This document shows, piece after piece, positions 17,907-30,083 of a DNA stretch of 30,396 bases (the first letter of the stretch is position 1; each line of letters starts with the position of its first letter). The stretch comes from Deltaproteobacteria bacterium. Its GTDB lineage: Bacteria; Desulfobacterota; Desulfovibrionia; Desulfovibrionales; Desulfovibrionaceae. Made by a program: the position numbers and the translations under genes. The stretch covers positions 1 through 30,396 of the forward strand of contig JAISDX010000129.1 of assembly GCA_031264465.1 (NCBI GenBank), read 5' to 3'. The notes below the pieces were generated by a model. It was not told the origin of the DNA. It made no database searches and saw nothing but the letters and a program-made list of their open reading frames with translations.

Positions 17907-18125
17907 GTATATCCATGGAGAGGACGCGCATTCAATGGCAAGGTAGCCGTGGGCGGGCCGCCGGGTTTCAGATGGCCGGAGCGGCGCTGTCCAAACTGCG
18001 TCCATAAAGGATAAAGGTTATTATTTGTCCTGGTTTCGTGATAAAACGACTTTAAAAAACAAATAATGCGCCGGATGTCAAGTTGTAAAGACTTCCTGTC
18101 GCGCTTCGCGGGCGGAACTCTTCAG

Positions 18126-18986
18126 TTATCGGGCCGCATCCCGGCGCGGGCCGGAGGCCCGGCCGGACCGGGTGAGCAGCGATTTGTTGGCCAGGGCCGT
18201 GTTGGCTCCGGCTTTCTTTTTTCCGTTGAGCAAAAGCGGGGTGCCGGCGCAGGCCGGGTGCAGGTCCAGGCGCAGCATGGCGCAGGCGCCCAGGGGCAGG
18301 GGCAGGGAGGCGCAGTTCAGCTTGCGCCCCAGGGCGTTGTCCCGCCAACTGAAGGCCGGGCCGAGCAGGGTGGAGCCCCAGGTCAGCCGCGACGGCGGTC
18401 CTTCCTTGCGGATGAAGTTCCAGACTTTCCAGGGAGCGAGGACTTTGCCCCGGCCCAGTCCGGCCGGCCCGCTCCCTTGGTCGCCGGCGGAGCCGCGTCT
18501 GAAAAGACCGCCAAAACCCCGCAGCGAGGCGGCATTGGGGAAAGAGAGCAGCAGGCCGCGTGAAGCCAGGCGCAGGGCTTCGCGCAAGACCGCCCACGGG
18601 TCCGCGGCAAATTCCAGGTTGTTCAGGCAGACCACGTAGTCGAAGCTCTGATCATCAAAAGGCAGGTGTTCCTGGCTGCCCAGCGAAATTTCGGCCCGGC
18701 GGCCCAGCCGGCTTGCGGCGCGGCGGGCCAATTCCTGGTCCGGCTCCTGCCCGCTGACGTCAAACCCGGCCTCCCACAGGATTTCCAGAAAAATGCCCGC
18801 GCCGCACCCTATTTGCAGCAGCCGGTAGCCGCGCCTGGGCCAACAGGCGATCAGGCCGCGCAACAAAGCCTGCTGGGCAGCCAGGGCCACGGAACCCTGC
18901 GGCGTCAGGTACCACTCGGAATAATTCGGCCGAGCGGGCCGGGCCGGTTCGGTTCCTGTTCCGTTTTTGCCGGTACCGCCCGCCAT
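18126..18986 (-). CDS. Class I SAM-dependent methyltransferase (Methyltransf_11/25-like) with a ~110-aa low-complexity C-terminal extension
   Basis: Motif I LLQIGCGAGIF and post-I acidic residue. The start is translationally coupled to the upstream gene (TGA-agc-ATG). Confidence 0.6.
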   Translation of the reverse strand: MAGGTGKNGTGTEPARPARPNYSEWYLTPQGSVALAAQQALLRGLIACWPRRGYRLLQIGCGAGIFLEILWEAGFDVSGQEPDQELARRAASRLGRRAEISLGSQEHLPFDDQSFDYVVCLNNLEFAADPWAVLREALRLASRGLLLSFPNAASLRGFGGLFRRGSAGDQGSGPAGLGRGKVLAPWKVWNFIRKEGPPSRLTWGSTLLGPAFSWRDNALGRKLNCASLPLPLGACAMLRLDLHPACAGTPLLLNGKKKAGANTALANKSLLTRSGRASGPRRDAAR

Positions 18987-18989
18987 GCT

Positions 18990-19304
18990 TCAGGCGTCGA
19001 GCTTCAGGACGGAGTTGTCGGCGCCGGCAAACTCGCAATAGCGGAACTCGTCGGCGTCTTTTTCGTTAAGCCAGCGTCCGTCGCCGGTAAGGTAACGGAA
19101 GGTGACTTCCTCGCCCCGGGCGAATTCCAGCTCCAGGGTGAAATCGCCGTTCTTGCTCCTTTTCATGGGGCTGGCTGTCTCGGACCAGTCGTTGAAAGAG
19201 CCGACAAGGAAAACCTGTTCCGCTCCGCCGCTGTCGCCGGCTTCCAGGGTAAAACGCACTTTACCGGCCGGGCGGGCTTTTATGTATTTGGTGGAAATTG
19301 GCAT
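18990..19304 (-). CDS. Small stand-alone CBM48 / AMPK-beta-like glycogen-binding-domain protein (E-set)
   Basis: RBS AGGAGG. VFLVGSFNDWSE...FTLELEF..GEEVTFRYLTGDGRWLNEKD matches the AMPK-beta glycogen-binding-domain / isoamylase N-domain pattern (xGSFNxW...YkF.VDG.W..D). Confidence 0.55.
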   Translation of the reverse strand: MPISTKYIKARPAGKVRFTLEAGDSGGAEQVFLVGSFNDWSETASPMKRSKNGDFTLELEFARGEEVTFRYLTGDGRWLNEKDADEFRYCEFAGADNSVLKLDA

Positions 19305-19408
19305 ACTGTATCCTCCTGATACTAGCGAGTTATGCTGTTATCGTAATACAAAGCCGGGTAAAACTGAATATTTTTCTTTATTTCTAAGGCGTGCCGGCCT
19401 CTTCCCCA

Positions 19409-19451
19409 AAAAAGCGTTCCTCCAGCGCCGCGCGGCGGGAGGAACGGAAAA
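19409..19451 (-). terminator. Rho-independent terminator for the minus-strand gene ending at 19587 (9-bp stem CGTTCCTCC/GGAGGAACG, 13-nt loop, T6 on the minus strand; A-tract on the other side)
   Basis: Read directly. On the minus strand it reads ...CGTTCCTCC-N13-GGAGGAACG-CTTTTTTGGGG. Confidence 0.5.
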
Positions 19452-19586
19452 AGGCGGCGATAAGTTGGCGATTAATGGGGGAGCGCCATGTCGAACGCCA
19501 AAGAAACCGGCCAGGCTGGACAGGGAGCCGGAGCATTTAACGGGACGCGCCCAAGCATGATGCTGAAACAGGCGGGTGTTGGTAAA

Positions 19587-20036
19587 TCAGGCGCTCACGG
19601 CGCCAAGGCTTTCTTCCAGAGCGGCCCGGATTTCGTTTTCCTGGCCGGGAGCCAGGCCGCAAATGCCGAACACCGCCATGAACAGCATATCCACAGGCAG
19701 GGTGAGGCGCTGGCGGCCGTTGTCAATCTGGCAGAACTCCTTGTCCACCTTGAGCTGGTAGACCCGGCGGTCTTTGTCTTCGCCGGCGCCGGAGACCACG
19801 GAATAGATCAGGCGGTTTTCGTCCAGCGCGAAAAGGCGCAGGCGGGTAAGGGAGCCGTTTTCTTCGTCAAAGAAAGAGCCTTCGGAGAAAAGCCGCCCGG
19901 TGAACGAAAGGTTTCCGTCACCGTAGCCGGGCAGGCTGAATTCTTCCTGCCAGTCCTGGGCGCAAGCGCCAAAATCCGCCTTGGGAGCGGCCTTGGCCTG
20001 GCGAGCTTTTTCCCGCGTTTTGCCGGAATCTGTCAT
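19587..20036 (-). CDS. Hypothetical protein (149 aa) with a Lys/Ala-rich N-terminal tail; no recognisable domain
   Basis: RBS GGAGG 5 nt upstream of the ATG at 20036; the 20054 start in the ORF track is unsupported. Followed by its own terminator. Confidence 0.5.
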   Translation of the reverse strand: MTDSGKTREKARQAKAAPKADFGACAQDWQEEFSLPGYGDGNLSFTGRLFSEGSFFDEENGSLTRLRLFALDENRLIYSVVSGAGEDKDRRVYQLKVDKEFCQIDNGRQRLTLPVDMLFMAVFGICGLAPGQENEIRAALEESLGAVSA

Positions 20037-20179
20037 ATTTCCTCCTGAAAGCAATATCTGCGCACATTACCCCGTGCCAGGGAGAAACTGTCTGCAAGGC
20101 GGGGCCGCGTCAATCCAGCCCAGGCCCGCCCAAGCCGCCTGTTGCCCCGGGCCGTTGCCTGGGGCCGGGCCGGCCCGGA

Positions 20180-20485
20180 TCACTTGATGGGCAGCTCCAA
20201 CTGGCGCTGCCAGGTGCCCTTGCGTCCTTTTTTGCCCGGCTTCACGCCTTCTTCCTTTGCGCTGCCGGCCGGTTCGGCGGTCTTGTCCCGCTCCTGAGTC
20301 TGGTCAAACAACTCGCCGCCGCCGGAGGCGGTCCAGAATTTCTGCAGGTCGGCGCGGGAAATTCTATAACCTCGTCCAAGCTTGGCCGCCTGGAGAGAGC
20401 CGTCCAAAACGGCTTTACGGACGGTTGCCGGGTGGCAGCGCAGGATCTGCGCCGCCTCAGCCAACGTAAAGGTGGTCTTTTGCAT
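20180..20485 (-). CDS. Excisionase/AlpA-family (MerR-superfamily HTH_17) DNA-binding protein with a Lys/Gly-rich C-terminal tail
   Basis: TLAEAAQILRCHPATVRKAVLDGSLQAAKLGRGYRISRADLQKF matches the excisionase-family HTH pattern. A 14-bp perfect GC palindrome (CCGGGCCGGCCCGG, 20165-20178) lies just past the stop. Confidence 0.65.
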   Translation of the reverse strand: MQKTTFTLAEAAQILRCHPATVRKAVLDGSLQAAKLGRGYRISRADLQKFWTASGGGELFDQTQERDKTAEPAGSAKEEGVKPGKKGRKGTWQRQLELPIK

Positions 20486-20709
20486 GTTACACCCTGTTAA
20501 CGTCTGTTGTTAGCATCCCTCATTCATTGATGTCAACTTTGATTGTTGATAAGCTCGTTTTTTATCATTAGATAAATTCTAGACTATTTTGGTTGAGCTA
20601 AGCCCGTTTAAGCTCATTTAAACGCATTTTGACTGAAAAGACATTGTTTCAGGCTCTGTTGATCTTGTTGGATCCGGGCGTAACAATGGTTTTGTGATTT
20701 TGCGGAGTT
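20486..20709. promoter_or_regulatory. AT-rich (~40% GC versus ~65% overall) divergent control region between the HTH gene and the histidine-kinase operon. Contains a perfect TTGACA (minus strand, 20531-20536), a TTGATA-N17-TAGATA sigma-70-like pair (plus strand, 20546-20574), and nested inverted repeats TGAGCT-N11-AGCTCA (20594-20616) / CGTTTAA-N6-TTAAACG (20605-20624)
   Basis: All read directly from the sequence. Confidence 0.5.
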
Positions 20710-20757
20710 GTGTTAACGATTAACCTTAGAGCAAGCGCGGCTTGTCTGGCAGAGTTT

Positions 20758-23859
<3,102 letters not shown>

Positions 23860-23861
23860 GC

Positions 23862-26800
23862 GTGGGCGCCGCCACCGCCATACGCCGGGCCGTGCTCCTG
23901 GTCATCCTGGTCGCCATGCTGCCGGGCCTGCTGGTGCTTCTCCACTCCGGCTACGACAGCCGCTATTCCTTGCGGGTTGAAGAATACGACGCCTTTGCCG
24001 CGCGCTTGAACAGTTTGTCCGGCCATGCCCAGCTCATTGTGGACAACTCGCACGTGCTCCTCATGGCCCTGTCCGAGTTTTCCGAAGTGGTCAACCGGGA
24101 CTACCCGGCGGCTTCGGTCATGTTCGCCCAACTGTTGGACAAGTACGACATTTATTCGAACATCCTCCTGCTGGACCGGGAAGGGCGGGTACTGGCCGCC
24201 GGCCGGCACGTTTCCGGCGAACTTCACGCCGTCTGCTTCGACGTTCTGAAAGATCCCGGCCATTCAGGCAACCTGCGTGTGGGCGGCCTGGTTTGGGACG
24301 CTTCCGGCAGCCGGGCCATGGTGCCCCTAGCCGTAAGCCTGCCGCCCGCTTCGGCCTCACGGCCCGGGCTCATGTCCCCGGAAGAACCGCTCACCCTGCT
24401 GGCTTTGGTCAACGTCGAGCAGACGCTGCAATTTTTCGGCACGCAGGACCTGCCGGCGGACTATCGCCTGGACGTGCTGGATTTGAACGGCCGGATCATT
24501 TATGCCAACACCAATTCCCTGGTGGAAAACAGCTCTCTGGCGGAAGCGGACGTAGGCGAGACGGCTCCGGACTGGGCGCAGGCCTTGGCCGGACGGCAGA
24601 GCGGCTTTTACCACAGTTTTGCCCCGGACCGGCGCGAAATCATGTCCGGCTATTCGACCATCCATACCCGGGACGGCGAAGCCAGGGTGATCATCGTACG
24701 CCTCTCCGCCCCGGCCGACCGTGTTTTCGCGGTTTCGGACCATATTATCGCCGCTTACCTTTTCCTTTCCCTGTTGACCTTGGTGTTGATCGTCGTGGTG
24801 GAGCGGGGCCTCAGCCGAGGTACTCTGCTCAGGCCTCTGGCCAGGCTGAGCGGCACGGTGGAGGCCCTGGCCCGGGGCGAACTGGACGCCCGCTTCGCCA
24901 ACCAGGGCCTGCCGGGCGAACTGGGCAAGCTGGCCTCGGCCTTCAACGAAATGGCGGAAGAGCTGGAAGTGCGGCACACCAAGCTCTTGGAAGCCAGGGA
25001 GGAAGCCTACCGGGCCAACGAGGCCAAGGGCGACTTTCTGGCCAACATGAGCCACGGCATCCGCACGCCCATGAACGCCATCATCGGCATGGCCTACCTG
25101 GTGATGAAAACCGACCTGGACGCCCGGCAGCGTTCATACATCAGCAAAGTTTACGCGGCTTCCAACGCTCTGCTGGGCATAATCAACGACATCCTGGATT
25201 TTTCCAAAATCGAGGCCGGGCAGCTCAGCATGGAGTTTTCGCGCTTTTCCCTGGACGATCTGCTGGAAAACACCCTTAACCTGGTGGGTCAGAAGGCCGA
25301 GGAGCAGGGCACTTCCATTCGGGTCGATATCGACCCCTTAATCCCGCCGCTGTTGATTGGCGACCCGGTGCGCCTGGGGCAAATATTCCTGAACCTGGTC
25401 AATAACGCGGTCAAGTTCACCAGCCAGGGCGAGGTTGAACTCCTCTGCCGCCTGGAGCGGCTCTACCGTGATGAAGTTGCCGCGGGCGAAGACGGCATCC
25501 AGGCCGTGCCGGCGAGCCGGGCCGCTCTTTCCTTCGCGGTGCGCGATACCGGCATCGGCATGACGGAAGAGCAGCTTAAGGGCCTGTTCCAGGCCTTTAC
25601 CCAGGCCGACGGTTCCACCACCCGCAAGTTCGGCGGCACCGGGCTGGGCCTGACCATCACCAAGAGACTGCTGGAAATGATGCGCGGCGAAATCCGCATT
25701 GCCAGCGTCAAAGACCGCGGCACCACCGTGCACTTCAGCCTCAGCTTCGAGTTGCCGGACGATAGCGCCGGGCAGTCGGATCTGCCGGATCTGGCGGATC
25801 TGGAGGGCGTGCCGGTGCTGGCGGTGGACGGGGCCGGGGAAGACGTCCCCTTCCTGGCCGACCTCTTGCGCTCTTTCCGGCTGAAAGTCGACCTGGTTGC
25901 CGCCGAAATATGCACCGCCATTATCCGGGAAAACCCGGGGCGTTTTAAAATCGTGTTCGCCGGGTTGCGCCAGAATGTAGCCTCGGGAGGTGAGGGAACT
26001 TTGGGAAGTGGGGGAAGCTTCGGCGGCCTGGACCTGACCCGCCGCATCCGGCTGGAGCTGGGGCGGCAGGCTCCGGCCGTGCTGGTGTTCAGCACCATGC
26101 TTTACCCCGCCCTGCAGGGCCAGGCCGAAGCGGCCGGCGCCGCCGGAGTGTTCCACCCGGTGGGCAAGCGGAGCAAGATGGTGGAGTTTATCCGGCGAGT
26201 GTTGCAGGAATCCGAATCCTATTTCGGGGCGGCCGCGGCCGCGGTGCTGCAACTGAGCGGCCCCGAGCCGGCCTCCGACTCCACCGAGGCTTCGGCCCTG
26301 GGTCTGGGCGGGCTGCGCGTGCTTTTGGTCGAAGACGACCCGGTTAACCAGCAGGTGACCGTGGAGCTTCTGGAAGACGCCGGCGTTCGGGCCTCGGTGG
26401 CCTCCAACGGCATGGAGGCCTTGCAGCAGCTCAACCACCGGCCGTTCGACCTGGTGCTCATGGATCTGCAGATGCCGGTCATGGACGGCTACGAGGCCAC
26501 GCGCCGCATTCGCGAGGAAGAACGCTTCGCCGGACTGCCGGTTATCGCCATGACCGCCCGGGCCATGGCCGAGGAAAAACAGAAGTGCTTCGACGTGGGC
26601 ATGAACGACCACATTGTGAAACCTCTTGAAGTCACCAAATTTTATCAGACGCTGCAATTCTGGGCCGGCGCCGGCGCTTCGGCCGACTCCGCCCCGGCCG
26701 CGCCCGGGGTCATACCCGGAGGCGGCGTTTCCCCAAGCGCTTCCCGTGCCGCTTCCGCCGGCGGCAATTCCCCTGGCTCTCGGGGTTTTTATGGTGTACA

Positions 26801-27530
26801 CGAGCAGGGCGGCAGCGCTAATGAACATGGTTCAAGTGCCGATAAGGGCGATAACGGCGACAACGGGGAGAGGGCGCAAACATCCACCCGGCCCGATCCT
26901 ATGGAGAAACAAGCCATGAGCAACATGCAAACCTTGCCGGACCTGCCGGGGCTGGCCACCGACGAGGCGCTCCGGCGCCTTAACGGCAGCATCAAGCTGT
27001 ATTTGCGTCTGCTTTCCCGTTTCCTGGAAAGCTACGGCCAGGGACAGGGGCGTAAAAATTACAACGAAGCCGAGCAGAGCGACGATACGGAAGCCGGCAT
27101 GCGCTTCGCGCATACATTGAAAGGCCTGGCCGCCTCGCTGGGCGCCACGGCGCTCACGGCAGCGGCCAAAGACCTGGAATTTGCCCACAAAGACAAGCAA
27201 ATCACGTCGGAGTCGGCTGAAAAATGTCTGGCTCTGCTGGACGGCCTTTGCGCCATGCTGGAAAAAGCCCTGGGCGCTCCGGCCGCCGCTCCGGTTCCCC
27301 CATCCGCTCAAATCGCCCCGGCCGCTCCGGCCGCTGCCGGCGAGGCGGCCCGCGACATCCTGGCCCGGCTCAGAACCCTTCTGGCCGACGACGACGCCGA
27401 GGCGGCTTCGCTCTTTAACGAACACGAAACCCTGTTGGCTTCGGCCCTGCCGCCGGACAAGCTGTCTAGGATCAAGCAGGCCGTTGCCGCCTACGACTTC
27501 AGCGAAGCCCTGGCCGCGCTGGACGGATAA
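23862..27530 (+). CDS. Membrane hybrid sensor histidine kinase with C-terminal HPt domain: TM - periplasmic sensor - TM - HAMP - HisKA - HATPase_c - pseudo-receiver - receiver - Ala/Pro/Ser-rich linker - HPt
   Basis: GTG start 2 nt after the previous stop, with GAGGGGG upstream. H-box [18 protein letters not shown]2 box [20 protein letters not shown]...[12 protein letters not shown]...VKP. HPt signature [16 protein letters not shown]. Confidence 0.85.
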   Translation: MGAATAIRRAVLLVILVAMLPGLLVLLHSGYDSRYSLRVEEYDAFAARLNSLSGHAQLIVDNSHVLLMALSEFSEVVNRDYPAASVMFAQLLDKYDIYSNILLLDREGRVLAAGRHVSGELHAVCFDVLKDPGHSGNLRVGGLVWDASGSRAMVPLAVSLPPASASRPGLMSPEEPLTLLALVNVEQTLQFFGTQDLPADYRLDVLDLNGRIIYANTNSLVENSSLAEADVGETAPDWAQALAGRQSGFYHSFAPDRREIMSGYSTIHTRDGEARVIIVRLSAPADRVFAVSDHIIAAYLFLSLLTLVLIVVVERGLSRGTLLRPLARLSGTVEALARGELDARFANQGLPGELGKLASAFNEMAEELEVRHTKLLEAREEAYRANEAKGDFLANMSHGIRTPMNAIIGMAYLVMKTDLDARQRSYISKVYAASNALLGIINDILDFSKIEAGQLSMEFSRFSLDDLLENTLNLVGQKAEEQGTSIRVDIDPLIPPLLIGDPVRLGQIFLNLVNNAVKFTSQGEVELLCRLERLYRDEVAAGEDGIQAVPASRAALSFAVRDTGIGMTEEQLKGLFQAFTQADGSTTRKFGGTGLGLTITKRLLEMMRGEIRIASVKDRGTTVHFSLSFELPDDSAGQSDLPDLADLEGVPVLAVDGAGEDVPFLADLLRSFRLKVDLVAAEICTAIIRENPGRFKIVFAGLRQNVASGGEGTLGSGGSFGGLDLTRRIRLELGRQAPAVLVFSTMLYPALQGQAEAAGAAGVFHPVGKRSKMVEFIRRVLQESESYFGAAAAAVLQLSGPEPASDSTEASALGLGGLRVLLVEDDPVNQQVTVELLEDAGVRASVASNGMEALQQLNHRPFDLVLMDLQMPVMDGYEATRRIREEERFAGLPVIAMTARAMAEEKQKCFDVGMNDHIVKPLEVTKFYQTLQFWAGAGASADSAPAAPGVIPGGGVSPSASRAASAGGNSPGSRGFYGVHEQGGSANEHGSSADKGDNGDNGERAQTSTRPDPMEKQAMSNMQTLPDLPGLATDEALRRLNGSIKLYLRLLSRFLESYGQGQGRKNYNEAEQSDDTEAGMRFAHTLKGLAASLGATALTAAAKDLEFAHKDKQITSESAEKCLALLDGLCAMLEKALGAPAAAPVPPSAQIAPAAPAAAGEAARDILARLRTLLADDDAEAASLFNEHETLLASALPPDKLSRIKQAVAAYDFSEALAALDG

Positions 27531-27547
27531 AGGCCGCTGGAGCCGCC

Positions 27548-28540
27548 ATGCTGAGCCGCGCCGAATGCTTCAAGGTACTGGGGCTGGACGAATCCGCCGG
27601 TCCCAACGCCATTAAGAAAGCTTACCGCAAGCTGGCTTTTGAATTGCACCCGGATCTGAACCCGGGCCTGCCGGAGGCGGCCAAAAAATTCCAGCTTCTG
27701 AACGAAGCCTACGTCATTCTCATTCAGGAATATTCCAACACCAGCTTCGCCTCGGACCGGCGGCGGGCCGGTGCCAGAAGCGGCCCCGGCGCAAGCCGGG
27801 AAAGCGCCCGCTGGGACGAAAAAACCCGGGCCGAGGCGCGCCGCGCCTATGAAAAAGCCAGAACCGAAGCAAACCAACGGGCGGCCGAAGCCTCGGCCCA
27901 GTCTTCGCAAGACGCCAAGGCAACTTTCGACCCGGCTGCCGCCAAGGGCGCTGGCCCGGCCGGGGCTTTTCAGTCCGGTTCCCCGGTCGGTCCTTCGTCC
28001 GGCCCCACGGCGGGCGGAGCGCAGGGCCAGCCGGGCGGCGCCTATGTCGGCCGCGCGCCCGGGCGCGAGGAAATCCTGCGCGATCTCCTGAACGACCCCT
28101 TTGCCCGCCGGGTATTTGAAGATATTTACAGCCATGTGCGCTACACCGCAGGCAAGGGCGGCAAAGCCTCGCCGCCGCCACCGCCGCGTAAAAAGGCGCC
28201 GGTCAGAGTAAAGGCCCAGCCGCGCAAGTCGGCCATCTCCGCCGTGGGCGACGGCGTCTCGCGTCTGGCCGGCGGCATCAGGGGCTGGCTGCGCAAGCAG
28301 ATTGACGACGAGCAGACCATGTACCTGCCGGGCGAGTCGCTGTTGCCGGGCGCGCGGGTGCGGTTGCAGGTGCGGCACGGTTTTTCCGGCGACAAAAAAA
28401 CCATCGAGTTCACCCTGCCGCCGGAGTTCCTTCCGGGCAAACCCATTCGCCTCAAGGGCCTGGGCCGCCGTCTAGGCAACGTGCAGGGCGACCTTTACCT
28501 GCGCATCCTGATTGCCGCCAGGGAGCAAAAAGATCATTAA
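27548..28540 (+). CDS. J-domain protein (DnaJ-like co-chaperone) with a long low-complexity middle region and a DnaJ C-terminal-like segment; no zinc-finger region
   Basis: J-domain with HPD (YRKLAFELHPDLNP). C-terminal ...GKPIRLKGLGRRLGNVQGDLYLRILIA resembles the DnaJ_C substrate-binding domain. It starts 17 nt after the kinase stop. Confidence 0.7.
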   Translation: MLSRAECFKVLGLDESAGPNAIKKAYRKLAFELHPDLNPGLPEAAKKFQLLNEAYVILIQEYSNTSFASDRRRAGARSGPGASRESARWDEKTRAEARRAYEKARTEANQRAAEASAQSSQDAKATFDPAAAKGAGPAGAFQSGSPVGPSSGPTAGGAQGQPGGAYVGRAPGREEILRDLLNDPFARRVFEDIYSHVRYTAGKGGKASPPPPPRKKAPVRVKAQPRKSAISAVGDGVSRLAGGIRGWLRKQIDDEQTMYLPGESLLPGARVRLQVRHGFSGDKKTIEFTLPPEFLPGKPIRLKGLGRRLGNVQGDLYLRILIAAREQKDH

Positions 28541-28737
28541 TCTGCCTTTCCGGAAGTCAAAGCCCCGATCTGGCCCTTATAGCATTTCGCGCGTGAGATT
28601 GTCGCTTAACGGCGAGCAAAGCTCGCCTACGCCAATCTCGCTGGCCTTGCTACGCGTCGCTTCACAAGGTCAGAGCATTTCGTCTGAAATGCTCTAAACG
28701 GCCAGGGCGGGGCTTTGAACTATCGGTTTCCTCAAGG

Positions 28738-29523
28738 CTATTGCACGTCGTACTTGCTCTTGAGCTCTTCCCAGTACGGGTCGGCCATGAGGAGCTTGTA
28801 GCCTTCGTTAATCAGGTTGCGCAGTTCGGCGTCTTCGTTGCGGGTGGCTACGCCGAAGTCGTCGCCTTCCTTGAAGTCGCCCAGCACCTTGATGGGGAAA
28901 CCTTTGCCGATGGCGTCGTTGGCGGGCGGCGAGTCCAGCGCGGCGGCGTCAATGCGGCCGTTCACCAGGTCTTCAATGGCCAGGCGCGGGCTGCGGTAGT
29001 AGCGCAGGGTGTAATTCCAGCCCATGCCGTCCTTGTTTTCTTCCAGCCAGGTGGCTTCGTTGGTGCCTTCCTGTACGCCCAGGCGCTTGTCGCCGGTCAG
29101 GATTTCATCCTTGGTCAGGGCGCTGTCTTTCAGGACGACCAGGTTCTTGTTGATGGCGTAGTAAGGGTTGCTGAAGGTGACCACTTTCTGGCGCTCGGGC
29201 GAAATGCTCATGCCGGAGGCGACCATGTCGATGCGCTTTTCCAGCAGGCTGGTGACGATGGTGCTCCACTCCATGGACATATGGCGCACCTTGAAGCCCA
29301 TTTTGCCGGCAATCCAGTTCATGGAATCAACGTCGAAGCCGGCCGGCTCGCCGCTTTCGTCAATATAGGCGAAGGGGTGGTAGCTGGCGTCGATGCCGTT
29401 GGTGTATTCTTTTTCCGCCTTGGCTTCCTGGTCGTCGGAGCAACCGGCGGCCAGGCCGAGGGCCATGCTCATGGTCAGGGCCAAGGCCAGGGTGAAAAAC
29501 CGTGAAAAACCGCGTTTCAGCAT
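28738..29523 (-). CDS. Family-3 (polar amino acid, HisJ/GlnH-like) periplasmic substrate-binding lipoprotein; orphan (no permease or ATPase genes adjacent)
   Basis: Lipoprotein signal MALGLAAGCS. SBP_bac_3-like ...IDMVASGMSISPERQKVVTFSNPYY.... Confidence 0.85.
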   Translation of the reverse strand: MLKRGFSRFFTLALALTMSMALGLAAGCSDDQEAKAEKEYTNGIDASYHPFAYIDESGEPAGFDVDSMNWIAGKMGFKVRHMSMEWSTIVTSLLEKRIDMVASGMSISPERQKVVTFSNPYYAINKNLVVLKDSALTKDEILTGDKRLGVQEGTNEATWLEENKDGMGWNYTLRYYRSPRLAIEDLVNGRIDAAALDSPPANDAIGKGFPIKVLGDFKEGDDFGVATRNEDAELRNLINEGYKLLMADPYWEELKSKYDVQ

Positions 29524-29548
29524 GATTCATCTGTCCTTTTTTTAAAAA

Positions 29549-29926
29549 TTATTGTTTCTTGCCCGCTTCCTCTTCAAAAAAATAACCGGCGTTTTCCGCC
29601 TCGACTTCCATAATTTCCAGTTTTTCCTGCAACCACTCCAGCACGGCCCGGGCCGTGTGGTAGTTGAGAATGACTCTGGAGTGGATATGCCGGGTTATGA
29701 CTTTCAAATCGTCGTCAGACGGAGCCATTTCGTGCCCAAGGCTGCCGTCCGGGGTCACCAGGCATTCGGAGAAAGCCGGAATTTTGTCGCTTTCGGTGTA
29801 AAAATTCAGCTCCACTTCCCCCTGCGGATTGATTCCGCCCCACACTCCGTGGGCATAGCGCACCCTGGCGGTCTGATCCTGTTCATACTCATAGCGGATG
29901 CGCACCTGAGCCAGATTTTTTTCCAT
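29549..29926 (-). CDS. Hypothetical protein (125 aa from the RBS-supported ATG); no recognisable domain
   Basis: GGAG sits 5 nt upstream of the ATG at 29926. The 29992 start in the ORF track is a TTG without an RBS. Confidence 0.4.
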   Translation of the reverse strand: MEKNLAQVRIRYEYEQDQTARVRYAHGVWGGINPQGEVELNFYTESDKIPAFSECLVTPDGSLGHEMAPSDDDLKVITRHIHSRVILNYHTARAVLEWLQEKLEIMEVEAENAGYFFEEEAGKKQ

Positions 29927-30083
29927 CAGCACTCCATAATCGATCTTGGGGTAAAGCAAGCCGGATTTCCGCAGTCGGGGGCGGATGTCCAACTAATTTA
30001 GGCTACAAGAAAAGCCAAGTAAAGGAGTTAATTTCGGGGCGCCCGCCACTCAGGTTTTCCTATTCCTTCGCCTGCGGAATCCC

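Noticed and set aside
18052-19319. Overlapping alternative-frame ORFs around the methyltransferase/CBM48 genes (18052..18597 -, 18066..18563 +, 18172..18639 +, 18666..19319 +)
   Set aside because: Pro/Arg/Gly-rich shadow frames. The chosen frames have a SAM-binding motif I and a CBM48-like pattern with RBSs and translational coupling.
19488-20048. 186-aa plus-strand ORF overlapping the hypothetical minus gene and the terminator hairpin
   Set aside because: No RBS, and it runs through a strong terminator hairpin. The minus-strand frame has a GGAGG RBS and an operon context. Neither frame has homology evidence, so this call remains the weaker one.
20165-20178. Perfect 14-bp GC palindrome CCGGGCCGGCCCGG after the HTH gene stop
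   Set aside because: It could be a terminator stem but has no U-tract. Short GC palindromes are frequent by chance at 65% GC. Noted in the feature evidence only.
26832-28378. Minus ORFs 26832..27425 and 27491..28378, plus ORF 27181..27615, overlapping the second kinase's C-terminus and the DnaJ-like gene
   Set aside because: Arg/Gly/Pro-rich shadows. The J-domain HPD motif and the HPt motif define the true frames.
28741-29505. 254-aa plus-strand ORF antisense to the substrate-binding protein
   Set aside because: Shadow ORF. The minus frame has a lipoprotein signal and an SBP_bac_3 signature.
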